Source: Pristiophorus japonicus (taxonomy: Eukaryota). Taken from it: a stretch of 64,000 bases of DNA. The stretch spans positions 316,386,001 through 316,450,000 of the forward strand of contig NC_091979.1 in NCBI RefSeq assembly GCF_044704955.1. The letters run 5' to 3'. The stretch's first letter is position 1, and every line of letters starts with the position of its first letter. This document shows, piece by piece, positions 50,513-63,588 of this stretch. Under the pieces are notes generated by a model. It was not told the origin of the DNA, did no database searches, and worked only from the letters and a program-made list of their open reading frames with translations. The translations under genes were made by a program, and so were the position numbers.

Positions 50513-52732
50513 TCATTGAACCATAGAATGGTTACAGCATGGAAGAAGGCCATTCAGCCCGTCGAGCCTGTGGCGACTCTCAGGTAGTCCCACTCCCCTG
50601 CCCTTTCCCGGTATAACCGTCAATTTGTTTTTCCTTCAGATACTTATCCAATTCCCTTTTGAAAGATAAGATTGAGTCTGCCTCCACCACCCTTTCAGGC
50701 AGTGCATTCAGAACCCAACCACTGCTGCGTACAAACATTTTTTCTTACATCACCTTTGGTTCTTTTGCCAATCACGTTGAATCTGATTCCTCTGGTTCTT
50801 GACTCTTCTGCCTATGGGAACAGTTTCTCTCTCTAGCTACTTTGTCCAGACCCCTCATTATTTTGAACACCTCTATCAAAGCTCCATCTCCATCTTCTCT
50901 GCTCCAAGGAGAAAGCCCCAGCTTCTCCAGTTGACCAACATAACTGAAGTTCCTCATTCCTGGAATCATTCTTGTTCATTTTTTCTGCAGCTTCTCTAAG
51001 GCCTTCACATCCTTCGTAATGTGTGGTGCCCAAAATTGGACACAATGCCCCAGTTGGGGCCACACCAGTGTTTTATACACGTTCATCATAATTTACACAC
51101 TTTTGTACTCTCTACCTTTATTTATGAAGCCCAGGATCCCATAAGCCTTTGTAACTGCTTTCTCATCCTGCCCTGCCACCTTCAACAATTTGTGCACACA
51201 TACCCACTATTCATTCACCCTGTTTCGGATTGTACCATTTAGTTTATATGTCCTTTCCTCATTCTTGCGACCAAAATGTATCACTTCACACTTTTCTGCA
51301 TTAAATTTCATCTGCATCGTGTCCGCCCATTTCACCAGCCCGTCTATGACTTGCTGAAATCGATCACTCTCCTGCTCACTGTTCACTATACTTCCAAATT
51401 TTGTCTCATCTGCAAATTTTGAAATTGTGCCCTGTGCATCCATGTCCACGTCATTATTATATATCAAGAAAAGCAGTGGTCGCAGAAGTGATCCCCGGGG
51501 AACAGCACTGTGTACCTACCTCCAGTCCTAAAAACAACCGTTAACCACTAATCTCTGAGGGCCAAATTGACCAATTTTATAGCTCCATTCGCGCTAATGG
51601 ACACTAATGGGACGCAACGAGGTTATCGCCCGGGGGAAGAGGACGATAGTGCCCCCGTGGAAATTGCCCCGGAGGTTTTGGGGGTGTTGTACCGTTAACG
51701 CCGCACCCCACGATTTGTGCCCCGGGCTGGCGCATTCACGACGATGATACCATCGGCGTGCACACGGACCCGTCACCACCCCGCGCTGACCCCTTTGCGC
51801 CCGGCGGAGGAAAATACTCAGCGGGCGGCGAGGATGGCGTCGGCCGATATCACCGCCAGCTTCACGAGTCGCGAACCCGCGGACATCCACCGCCGACACT
51901 ACACCCGAATGGGGAGGCCGTTTGCGCCGTGGGCCGCTTTATTTTTCTGTTACCCGACTCCCTGTCAGCCCGACAATGGTGGTCCTCGCCTCGACAGAAC
52001 CGCAATCCTGCAGCCCGGCGCTCTGTTATGAGAGCCGCACTGTTGGCCCAGTCGAGGGTGTCCCTGTTGGCCCAGTGGCAGCCACCAACGGGACTGCAGA
52101 GCACACAGCAGCCCTCCCCTTTAATTGAACCTGAGGGACATTCTGCCACATCAGTGCTAACGGAGCAGACATGAGACGCTGATGCTGCCAGCAGTGCGCT
52201 GGGCTCCGAAGTCAGGGCCATCCTACTGCCCCGGGAGCGCCCCTCCACGGACACGAACAATCTCCAATGGCGCTCCACCTCTGTTGAGGGGCGGAAGGGC
52301 CAAATTCCACACCCCGGGTGGGACTCCCGAGCCGGGCACAAGGAGTCCCAGCCCCAGAAGTTTACCGCCCCCAATCAGGACGAGTGGCAATTTTATGGAA
52401 TCTGTTTCCTGTCCCTTCGCGAATTTTGTAACCATGCTGCCACTGCCCCTTTTATTCCATGGGCTTCAACGTTCCTGGCAAGTCTATTTTGAGCCAGTTT
52501 GTCGAACGCCTTTTGGAAATCGCATTACCCTCATCAACGCTCTCTGTCACCTCATCAAAAAACTTAATCAAGTTAATGAAACACTATTTGCCTTTAAAAA
52601 ATCCATGCTGGCTATCTTTAATTAATCCACACTTATCCAAGTGACTGTTCATTTTGTCCCTGATCACTGTTTCTCAAAGCTTCACACTACCGGGGTTAAA
52701 CTCACTGGCCTGTAATTGCTGGGTTTATCATT
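50513..52732 (-). mobile_element. CR1 fragment with GC-rich insert at ~51558-52399 (unit 3)
   Basis: Copy of 3888-6105. Confidence 0.85.
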
Positions 52733-52768
52733 TACCAATATGGACCATGACCTCTGGCTGTTCACCCT

Positions 52769-53759
52769 TGTAGGCTCCGTTCCTCCCCCCTCACCCCCCA
52801 ACGCTAAAAATTGGACTATTAAATATAAAAACTCAGAACTGCATTACAGCCCACAAAAAGAGTTGGGCAGCAAAGGGTTAATTCTAACATTGCAGCAAAA
52901 CCATGAGACACCATCAGAGACAATGATGCAGGCTAACTGCCATTTCATCTAATCAACACAGACAATAGCACCAGAAGAGAGACATTCACACCTTCAATGG
53001 TTTCTGTCTGAAAAGATACAGGACCATTCACATATTCATTTACCTTCAGGGGTTACATTGTTAAAGAGGCGTACCTTAGACCATGGTCCCAGAAAGGCTG
53101 GTATCAGTGCAGGCCGAGACTGGGCCCTGAACCATTTGAATAAGAATGCGACTGGAAACCAACAATGAAGTCACCTTGGGAAGGTTATATTGTCAGAAAG
53201 GACTTCACACGACAGACAGGCGGTGGCCAGAGTAATCATGGACAATGACCCTAAATGAGGGACAATTAGCCACCAAGAATTCCCTGCGAGAGACATTCAC
53301 ACATTTGATGCTGCCATTGTCTTCACAGGAGGGAAAGGAAATCTGTTTTGAGGTTGCAAGTTGGTCTTTGGTATAAAGAAGAGCCATTTCCGAGGGGAAA
53401 GCCAGTACAGGAACAGTATCGAAACAGCAACAGACAGCAGTGTGTCTTCGGGACTCAAGCTGCAACTAAGATCTGGGCCTACAGTCAACCTCAGCAGACA
53501 GCCGGGGAATTGGTGATTGTACGTTTCCAGTCAAATCATGTGCTGATGCAAATTACCCTTTCATAGGGGTTTGTATTTTGGGGTTAATCCGTCCAATAAA
53601 AATCGTAGGGATTTATACTGGGCAGTAATTGTGTGTATGTTCAATAAACGAACAAATCTTCGTTGATCCAAAACCCTGAGCCGTGTGTATTTTGTTCTTT
53701 ATAAATCCTGAAGTCAAAGAACTGTGTATAATGGGGAACTAGATTTAGAAATACTTACA
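52769..53759 (+). mobile_element. Solo LTR with CCCT TSD and an internal ~77-bp deletion (unit 3)
   Basis: ccct|tgtagg...cttaca|ccct; junction aaatcat/gtgctgatg at ~53539. Confidence 0.8.
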
Positions 53760-56700
53760 CCCTCCCCTCTCAGAATGTTCTGCAGTCGCTCAGAGACATC
53801 CTTAACTCTGGCTACAGGGAGGCAACACTTTATCCTGGAGTCCCGCCTGCAGCCGCAGAAATGCCTCTCTGCTCCTGTAATGATCGAATCCTCTACTACT
53901 ATTACTCTCCCTCTCTCCTTTCTCCCCCCTGTACAGCTGAGCCACCCGTGGTGCTGTGTACTTTGCTCTGGAACCCAGAGGAGCCATCGCCCTCACCAGT
54001 ACTCAGAACAGAACCCAGATTGGAAAGCGAGATGCACACAGGAGAGTCCTGCACTACATGCCTGGTCCTCCTCTTCTGTCTGGCAGTCACCCATTTCCTC
54101 CCTGGCTGCTCACTCCTAGGGTGCTGAGTGACCATCTCCTGAAACATGCTATTCCCGAAGTTCTCAGCCTAACGGATGCACCGCAGTGATGCCCGTTGCT
54201 ACTCAAGCTCCAAAACCCGGAGCTCGAGCTCCTCCAGCTGACGACACTTCCTACACATGTGTTTGTCCAGGACACGGGAAGTATCCTGGAGTTCCCACAT
54301 GGCAGAGTGTGCATACCACGGGACTGAGCTGCCCTGTCATGCCTCTATTGAGAAAATAGGAGCAATAGTAGGCCATTCGGCCCTTCCAGCCTGCACCACC
54401 ATTCAATATGATCATGGCTGATCCTCTATCTCAACACCATATTCTCGCTTTCTCCCCATGCCCCTTGATGCCTTTTGTGTCAAGTGAAGAAATTTCTCCA
54501 CATCTCAGTCCGAAATTTCCTACCCTGTATCCTGAGACTGTGACCTCTTGTTCCAGACTTCCCAGTCACCGGAAAGATCCTCCCCGCATCCAGTCTGCCC
54601 AACCCCATCAGAATTTTATACGTTTCAATGAAGACAGGCCGAGTTGACCCAATCTCTCCTCATACGACAGTCCTGCCATCCCAGGAATCAGTCTGGTGAA
54701 CCTTCGCTGCACTCTCTCTATGGCAAGTATATCCTTTCTTAGGTAAGGAGCCCAAAACTGCACACAATATTCCAGGTATGGTCTCACCAAGGCTCTGTAT
54801 AACTGTAGTAAGACATCCTTGCTCCTGTACTCAAATCCTCTTGCAATGAAGGCCAACATACCATTTCCCTTACTAACTGCTGACTGCACCGGCATGTTTG
54901 CTTTCAATGACTGGTGTACAAGGACACCCAGGTCTCTTTGTACATCGACATTTCCCAAGCTATCACCATTTAAATAATACTTTGTCTTTATGTTTTTTCT
55001 ACCAAAGTGGATAACTTCACATTTATCCACGTTATTCTGCATCTGCCATGTGTTTGCCCACTCACTCAACCTATCTAAATCACCTTGCAGAGTCTTTGCA
55101 TCCTCCTCACAACTCACAATCCCACCTAGTTTTGTGTCGTCAGCAAACTTGGAAATATTACATTAGGTTCCCTCATCCAAATCATTTATATATATATTTT
55201 GAATAGCTGAGGCCTAAGCACGGATCCTTATGGTACCCCACTAGTCACTGCCCGCCACCCCGAAAAAGACCCGTTTATTCCTACTCTCTGTTTCCTGTCA
55301 GTTAACCAATTTTCAATCCCATGCCAGTATATTGCCCCCAATCCTATGTGCTTTAATTTTGCACACTAATGTCTTATGTGGGATTTTACCAAAGGCCTTC
55401 TGAAAATCCAAATACACTACATCCACTGGTTCTCCCTTATCTATTCTATCAGTTACATCCTCAAAAATCTCCAGTAAGTTTGTCAAACACAATTTTCCTT
55501 TCACAAATCCATGTTGATTTTGTCTAATCCTTTTGATAGTTTCTAAGTGTGCCGTTATCACATCCTACATAATAGACTCTAGCATTTTTCCTGCTACTGA
55601 TGTTAGGCTAACCGGTGTGTAGTTCCCTGTTTTCTCGCTCCCTCCTTTTTTAAATAATGGGGTTACATTTGCCACCCTCCAATCTGCAGGAACTGTTCCA
55701 TAATCTATAGAATTTTGGAAAATGACAACCAATGCAGCCACTATTTCCATGGCTACCTCTTTTAGTTCTCTGGGATGCAGATTATCAGGCCCTGGGGATT
55801 TATCGGCCCTCAGTCCTAGTAGTTTCTCCAGCACTATTTTCTTACCAATAATCATTTCCTTTAATTCCTCTTGCTCACTCGACCCTTGGTTCCCTCGCAT
55901 TTCTGGGATGTTATTTGTGTCGTCTTGCGTGAAGACAGAACCAAAGTATTTATTTAATTGTTCTGCCATTTCCTTGTTCCCCATTATAAATTCTCCTGTT
56001 TCTGACTGTAAAGGATCTACATTTGTCTTCACTAATCTTTTTCTTTTTACATACTTGTAGAAACTTTTGCAATCGGTTTTTATGTTCCTTGCAAGTTTAC
56101 TCTCGTACTCTATTTTTCCTTTCTTAATCAATCTCTTGGTCCTTTTTTGCTGAATTCTGAACTGCTCCCAATAATCCTCAGGCTTCCTACTTTTTCTGGC
56201 AACTTTGTATGACCCCTCTGTGAATAGAAACATAGAAACATAGAAAGTAGGTGCAGGAGTAGGCCATTCGGCCCTTCGAGCCTGCACCACCATTCAATAT
56301 GATCATGGTTGATCATGCAACTTCAGTACCCCATTCCTGCTTTCTCTCCATACCTCTTGATCCCTTTAGCCATAAGGGCCACATCTAACTCTCTTTTGAA
56401 TATATCTAACAAACTGGCCTCAACAACTTTCTGTGGTAGAGAATTCCACAGGTTCACCACTCTCTGGGTGAAGAGGTTTCTCCTCATCTCGGTCCTAAAT
56501 GGCTTAATCCTTATCCTTAGACTGTGATCCCTGGTTCTGGACTTCCTCAACATTGGGAACATTCTTCCTGCATCTAACCTGTTCAATCCCGTCAGAATTT
56601 TATATGTTTCTATGAGATCCCCCCTCATACTTCTAAATTCCAGTGAATATAAGCCTAGTCGATATAGTCTTTCTTCATATGTCAGTTCTGCCATCCCGGG

Positions 56701-57450
56701 AATCAAGCTGGTGAACCTTCGCTGCACTCCCTCAATAGCAAGAATGTCCTTCCTCAGATTAGGAGACCAAAACTGCACACAATACTCAAGGTGTGGTTTC
56801 ACCAAGGCCCTGTACAACTGTAGTAAGACCTCCCTGCTCCTATACTCAAATCCCCTTGCTATGAAGGCCAGCATGCCATTTGCCTTCTTTACTGCCTGCT
56901 GTACCTGCATGCCGACCTTCAGTGACTGATGTACCATGATACCCAGGTCTCGTTGCACCTACCCTTTTCTTAATCTGTCACCATTCAGATAATATTCTGC
57001 CTTCCTGTTTTTGCAACCAAAGTGGATAACCTCACTTATTACTATCCTTAATTTCTTTTGCTAGCCATGGTCGGGCCACTTTTCCTTTTGTGTTTTTGCA
57101 CCAGAAAGGAATGTATAACTGTTGCATTTCATGCATTCGTTCCTTAAATGTTAGCTATTGCCTATCCACCATCATGCCTTTTAATGAATCTTCTCAATCT
57201 ATCATAGCCAATTCATTCCTCATACCTTCGTAGTTTCCTGTGTTTAGATTTAGGATACTTGTTTTGGATTGGACTACTTCACTTTCTATCTTAATAAAGA
57301 ATTCTACATGTTATGGTCACTCTTCCCTGAAGGACCGCGCACAACAAGACTATTAATTAATGTCATCTCATTGCAGAATATTCAATCTAGGATAGCCTGT
57401 TCCCTCATAGACTGCTCAACATACTGGTCTAAAAAACCATCTTGTACAGA
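53760..57450 (-). mobile_element. CR1 ORF1 fragment plus nested CR1 ORF2 elements (unit 3)
   Basis: Copy of 7210-10880. Confidence 0.9.
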
Positions 57451-57677
57451 CATATTTAATAGACTATGAACTAACCTGGGAGAAATAAACTTTAAATTTA
57501 AAAAAAACACTCACCAGCTACTCACCTTTGTGCCGATGTCATTTTGGCTTTTTTACTCTGACGTCACTATTTCAAATTCAGCCTGTGTTGAGTTGCTCAG
57601 CACTCGCTCTCGCTCTCGCTCTGGTCCGCCTCAGCTCCAATCATTTACCAGCTGTCCTGTGATGTCACTGCTGGATC

Positions 57678-57908
57678 TTTCTCCTCTCTGCTCCTCCAAT
57701 GCTGCTGCTGATTCGGTCTACACTGGTCTCTCCTCTGCTGTTTAAATCTTGCCCCTCCTCCAATGCTGCTGCTGATTAGGTCTACACTGGTCTCTCCTCT
57801 GCTGATCAAATCTTGCCTCTCCTCCAATGCTGCTGCTGATTAGGTCTACACTGGTCTCTCCTCTGCTGTTTAAATCTTGCCACCTCCTCCAATGCTGCTG
57901 CTGATTAG
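57678..57908. repeat. 64-bp minisatellite (unit 3)
   Basis: Copy of 11120-11351. Confidence 0.88.
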
Positions 57909-58043
57909 AATTTAACTCACAAAACTAACATTAACCAGTTCAGAATGTATTAGCATTTACACTATCAACCTCCAATGAGGATCTGCATGAGCTATTGAGT
58001 GAATGAATTAATTCTTGACAATTATGAAAGAGGAAGTCAGACA

Positions 58044-58153
58044 TAGACATAGAAACATAGAAAATAGGTGCAGGAGTAGGCCATTCGGCCCTTCTAGCCT
58101 GCACCGCCATTCAATGAGTTCATGGCTGAACATGCAACTTCAGTACCCCATTC
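58044..58153 (-). mobile_element. Young 110-bp CR1 3'-end insertion with TSD CAGACA (unit 3)
   Basis: cagaca at 58038-58043 and 58154-58159. Confidence 0.88.
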
Positions 58154-58239
58154 CAGACAATAAAGTCTACATAATAGGATCCCAATTAACATTCATTTAG
58201 GAGGCTATCACCTGAGACAGGGTGCGGGAGGAGTATAGT

Positions 58240-59610
58240 CAGCATGTTCTGGGGTCTTTGTGGGCCCGAGCAGAGGCGGGTTAGTTGGCTGCACAGTTCA
58301 GAGGATGGATGGCTGCTTCTGCTGCAATGGAAATGGTGACACTGGCCATCAGATGCTGCATCATGGTTGGGTCCACAAGTGTGCGAACAGAGTTTGCCAC
58401 CACTTCCATGCCGGAAAGGATGGGCTCCAAACTCTGCTCAAAGCCCTGTGCCAAGCTGGTGAAGACTCCTCCATGCTCCGTGACATTGACTGCAGGCTTT
58501 CTGGCAGGCCTGCCAATGCACCAAGCCTTCATTGTGCAAACCCATCAGCGTTCCTCTGTAGGCTGCCCCATCGAACTCCGTATCTGAGTCCTCGGCAATG
58601 AAACCTGTCTGTGCCCTCGCCCTCCGGTGAGCTGGCACCTGTGCTATCCTTGCCACCTGCCCTGGCTGCAACCCACACGTGCCCGGTGTCTCACCACGTG
58701 CAGATCCCGCCTCTAATCTATCCTCTAACATAGCAGTGTCAGTGTCTGAGCCGGTGGCTGTGAGTGTGAAATCAAGTGACGGTCACTCTCTTCTTGCTGT
58801 TCCTCCACTGTCTGGGCAGATTGCAACTCTTGTGTATCTGAAAGGAAAAAGGCACAAGAATAAGTTGTGGTGCAAGGAAGTGAGGGGAAAGTAAGAGGTA
58901 CGTGCTTACACCATCTGCAGCTTGTAAATCAGCTTGTGGGATGAGAGGAAAATGGGATGGTTTTAGCCCTGTCGCTGGCCACTTGTTCAACTTTGGGCAT
59001 CTCAATAAAGGCCAGCACCATCTCCTCCACGGGTGTGAGGACATGTAGACGCGCCTGTCCCCTCCAGTTAGCACCTGCTGCATTTGGTTGTATGCCACCT
59101 TGTCCAGTGAGAGAGAGGGAAGCGTGTCAGTGACTTTCGTGCAAACTGTTTGGCTGATGTGGCTGTCATGGTTGAATAGCTGGCTGAGTGTGCAAGCTGT
59201 GAGATGTCGGAGTTCAGTGTGTGAGGGCGAAGTGAAGCTATGGATGTGAGGTATGAGGCCTGTTGGTTGTTGTAGAGATTGTTGGTAGGTGAGTGATGGG
59301 GATGTGGTGAATTGAGCAGTGGGTGTGGCTCGTGTTGCAGTTGGGAAGACATGGCATTTGAAGATGCATTCACTGACCTTGACCACTCATGTGAGGTCAT
59401 TGAACTTCTTGCGGCACTGTATCCAGGTCCTCGGGGCTTGACTCCGGGCACTGACTGCCACGACTATCTGCTTCCACTTCCTTTTGACCGTGTGTCTGGA
59501 GGGCCTCCGGCCCCAATGTGGATACAGAACATCTCGCCTCCTTTCCACCTCCTCCAATAAGACCTCCAGTTCTCCATCCGACAAACTTGGTGCCCGCTAG
59601 CTCCCCTGTT
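58240..59610 (-). pseudogene. Harbinger Myb/SANT-like gene remnant (unit 3)
   Basis: ORF 59387-59584 ends ...RTWIQCRKKFNDLT then stop. Confidence 0.72.
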
Positions 59611-59738
59611 GTGTGGTTAGCACTAGTTGGATACACAGATCATTCAAATGAGCAGGCAGCACAAAGTTGACTTGCTGCCTGCATTGCAATTAACAGCCAC
59701 AGGTTAATCGCACTTCATGATCCCTGCATCCATCTTTT

Positions 59739-61833
59739 ATGAATGGGAAATCGTGTTTGACAAATCTGTTTTGAGTTTTTTGAAGATGTAACTTGCAGGA
59801 TGGATAAGGGGAAAACCAGTGGGTGTAGTGTATTTGGATTTTCAAAAAACATTCGATAAGGTGTCACACAAGAGGTTATTACACAAAATTACGTCTCATG
59901 GTATTAGGGGTAATATATTAGCATGGATTGAAACTGGTTAATGGACAGAAAACAGAGAGTAGGAATAAACAAGAATGTTTAAGTTTGGCAGGCTGTGACT
60001 AGAGGGGTACCTCAAGGTTCAGTGCTTGGGCCTCAGCTATTTACAATCTATATTAATGACTTCGATGAAGGGACGGTGTAAAACGTATCCAACTTTGCTG
60101 ATGATACAAAGTTAGGTGGGAAAGCAAGCTGAGAGGAGCACACAAAGAGGCTGCAGAGAGATAAAGACCCCTATTTTCTACTTGCTGGATTTTTGGTGCC
60201 CACACATGTTAATGTATGATTTTTTTCTGTGCGTTTGCGGCAGAGAAAAAAATTGGGACTTGCGTCAAAGAAATATTTGAATTTGGTGCAACGCTCTCCG
60301 AAGTTAGTTTGGGGCGGAGCTACAAGTCTACGGTAAAAACTCTCTGGGCATGCGCGAAAAGCTGAAGTTGCCAGGACAACCAGAGACGCTGATGCAAGCT
60401 GAAACACACTCCCCTGAAAGGACTGCTCCCCACCGGCGGGACCCGGTGCAATCTCCGGCCGAATGGCCCTCCGGCTCCTGAACTTCAACTCGCAGGGTGA
60501 CCGGGGGGGCCATTCAGTCCGGGATTGTAGTGGGTCCAGCCGGTGATGAACAGTCCTTTCAGGGGATTGTAGTGGGTCCAGCCGGTGAGGAACAGTCCTT
60601 TCGGGGGGATTGTAGTGGGTCCAGCCGGTGGGGAACAGTCCTTTCGGGGAGATTGTAGTGGGTCCAGCCGGTGAGGAACAGTCCTTTCGGGGGGATTGTA
60701 GTGGGTCCAGCCGGTGGGGAACAGTCCTTTCGGGGAGATTGTAGTGGGTCCAGCCGGTGAGGAACAGTCCTTTCGGAGGATTGTACTGGGTCCAGCCGGT
60801 GAGGAACAGTCCTTTCGGAGGGATTGTAGTGGGTCCAGCCGGTGAGGAACAGTCCTTTCGGGGGGATTGTAGTGGGTCCAGCCGGTGAGGAACAGTCCTT
60901 TCGGGGGGATTGTAGTGGGTCCAGCCGGTGAGGAACAGTCCTTTCGGGGAGATTGTAGTGGGTCCAGCCGGTGAGGAACAGTCCTTTCGGGGGGATTGTA
61001 CTGGGTCCAGCCGGTGAGGAACAGTCCTTTCGGGGGGATTGTAGTGGGTCCAGCCGGTGGGGAACAGTCCTTTCAGGGGATTGTACTGGGTCCAGCCGGT
61101 GAGGAACAGTCCTTTCAGGGGATTGTAGTGGGTCCAGCCGGTGGGGAACAGTCCTTTCAGGGGATTGTAGTGGGTCCAGCCGGTGGGGGAAGTGTCCTTT
61201 CGGGGGGATTGTAGTGGGTCCAGCTGGTGAGGAACAGTCCTTTCGGGGGATTGTAGTGGGTCCAGCCGGTGGGGAACAGTCCTTTCGGGGGATTGTACTG
61301 GGTCCAGCCAGTGGGGAACAGTCCTTTCGGCCGGGGATTGTAGCGGGAGGAGCAGTCCTTTTGACCGGAAATGTTCTTCCCTTGCTCCAAAAAGAGTTCC
61401 CCGTGAAAAAAAGATAATTTGTTTTAACACAATTGAAAAATTGAAAGATATAAAATTCTTACGGGGCTTGACAGGGTTAATGCTGGGGGGTTAATGCTGG
61501 GTAAATGTTTTCCCTGTCTGGGGAATTTAGAACACAGGGTCACAGTCACAGAATAAGGGATAGGCAATTTAGGACTGAGATGAGGAGAAATGTCTTCACT
61601 CAAAGGGGTGTGAACCTTGGCAATTCTCTACCCCAGAGAGCTGTGGATGCTCAGTCGTTGAGTATATTCAAGACAGAGGCCGATAAAATTTTGGGAACAA
61701 AGGGAATTAAAGGATATGGGGATAGTGCGGGAAGGTGGAATTGAGGTACATCAGTCATGGTCTCATTGAATGGCGGAGCAGGCTCGAAGGGCCAAATGGC
61801 CTCCTCCTGCTCTGATTTTGAATGTTCTTATGT
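59739..61833 (+). mobile_element. Plus-strand CR1 fragments with GC-rich insert (unit 3; keeps ~167 bp absent from units 1 and 2)
   Basis: Extra gataatttg...gactgag at ~61413-61579. Confidence 0.8.
60521..61361. repeat. Expanded ~43-bp minisatellite, ~19 units plus a partial
   Basis: Counted by eye from recurrences of ggattgta(g/c)tgggtccagc. Confidence 0.95.
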
Positions 61834-63588
61834 CTTCGGGGCTGTCCAATTTACCCCCCCCACCTCCGCCCTCCCACACACAGGTGTCTGTGCAGCCCCT
61901 CCAATACCTTAAAACTAGTTTCCAGCATTGCACAGACCTGGGACAATACCTCCACAGAAAAGCTGAACCCTTCCAGGGGCTGCTTTTCCAATAGGTCTAA
62001 ATATGATGTGAGGCGTCTGCAGCCTCTCCCAATGTTAGATTCTTCCATTGTCCCATTCCTCTGGATCTTCCCAACCATTCCTCCCTCACCTTTCTTTAAT
62101 AGCACTGTGGCTACAGCTAGCAGTGTAAGGGCCATGTTTCACTCCACAATCAACAGCTGTTTAGTTTACTGCCTGTGTTAAAGGCTGGTCTGAATGTTCC
62201 TTACAGAGCTGGTACAGTTCACCATCACAAAGTGTGGATTATGAGTGACACTTACTGTCAGCATTAGCACAGATCAATGACACAAATAAAATTGTAGTTA
62301 TAGTATCTTTTTATTGGTTATTTTAACACTCAATCTCTGATATTACAGCAAATTAACATTTCTCATTGGGAAATCTGTATCTGCAACTATAAAGCTTTAT
62401 TATTTTTCATCATTTTAACTTATTTTTATATCCCTTAGCCGTGGTGGAAATTAACCGCTTCCATTGAAGAGGCAGGATATCAGGGAGCTGTGGGCGGCTC
62501 GTTACAGGGAGAGAGAGAACATAATCTTTCTTCAGGCGTGATACCGACCATCCCGTTTTAACAATGTCAGTGACTGAGGCTCCTTGTCAGCAGTGGGATG
62601 AATAAAATTAAGCCCACATTATTCTGAAGGAGCACTGGCACTCATCCTGTCCCCCACCAAAAAATAATTCATCTCTTATTCGGGACTCTGATGCTGTCCC
62701 GCCAGGTTTTATTGAGCAAAGGGCCCGCGGTTGTTGCTTCACCCGACAGGCTGTTGTTCCCCATCCATTGAAGAGGCTGCAAATCAGGGAGCTGCGGGCG
62801 GCTCGTTACACAGAGAGAGAGAGAAATTAATCTTTCTTCAGGCATGATACCGGCCATCCCGTGTAGCAGGGAAATTGCACAATCGGGTGAAATCGGCCGA
62901 ACCAGTGTAAAAGATCGCAGAAACTCGAGCATAAGTTCTGTCAAGCTTCAACCGAGATTTCCGGGATCTTTAGCCCTGGTTTAAAAAGCTTTCTGTCCGA
63001 AGCTGGCGCCGCCCACAAAACTGGCCACACCCCCAGATAGAAATAACGAGGATGGTGAGTTTCCGCCCATTGCGTCCATTTGCAACCTTTCGAGGAGCGT
63101 TTTCAAATTGAGCTGGTTTTCTGAGGTGCCCAGGCACTAGTAGGCACAATTTAATAGGTTTTACATCTTAAAAATATTTAAATTATTAAAAGTCTGACTA
63201 GTGTACAACAATAAAACTTATAACTGGTTCAGTATAGATTTTAAAGCCATTTACATCACCTGAAATCAGGTAAAGCACAGCTGAAAGACTGACTAAAAAT
63301 ATTTAATTTTGCAGGTTACATCCATTTTCAGCTGTATCAATAAAGCTGCACCAATTGCCACTCTTAAATATATCAATGAATATTTTTAATGCAAAAAATA
63401 ACTGATTATATTCTGTTACACTGACTGACTGCACTGGTTCTTGGAAGATTTTACATTTGTAATTAAGCAAATGCATTTAGTGGAAACTTAAACTGTAAGC
63501 TAACCAGCGTAACTTCAAGTGCAATTTGCACCCAAAGCAGAAACTCTACCCGCTGTGTTTAGTTTTAGCTGGGAGAGTCGTCGTTGAT

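Noticed and set aside
60521-61361. CRISPR-like array
   Set aside because: Units are contiguous with no unique spacers, there are no cas genes, and the context is vertebrate; it is a minisatellite.
60171-61430. 419-aa repetitive ORF
   Set aside because: Read-through of the stop-poor minisatellite with frames shifting between units; not preserved in units 1 and 2.
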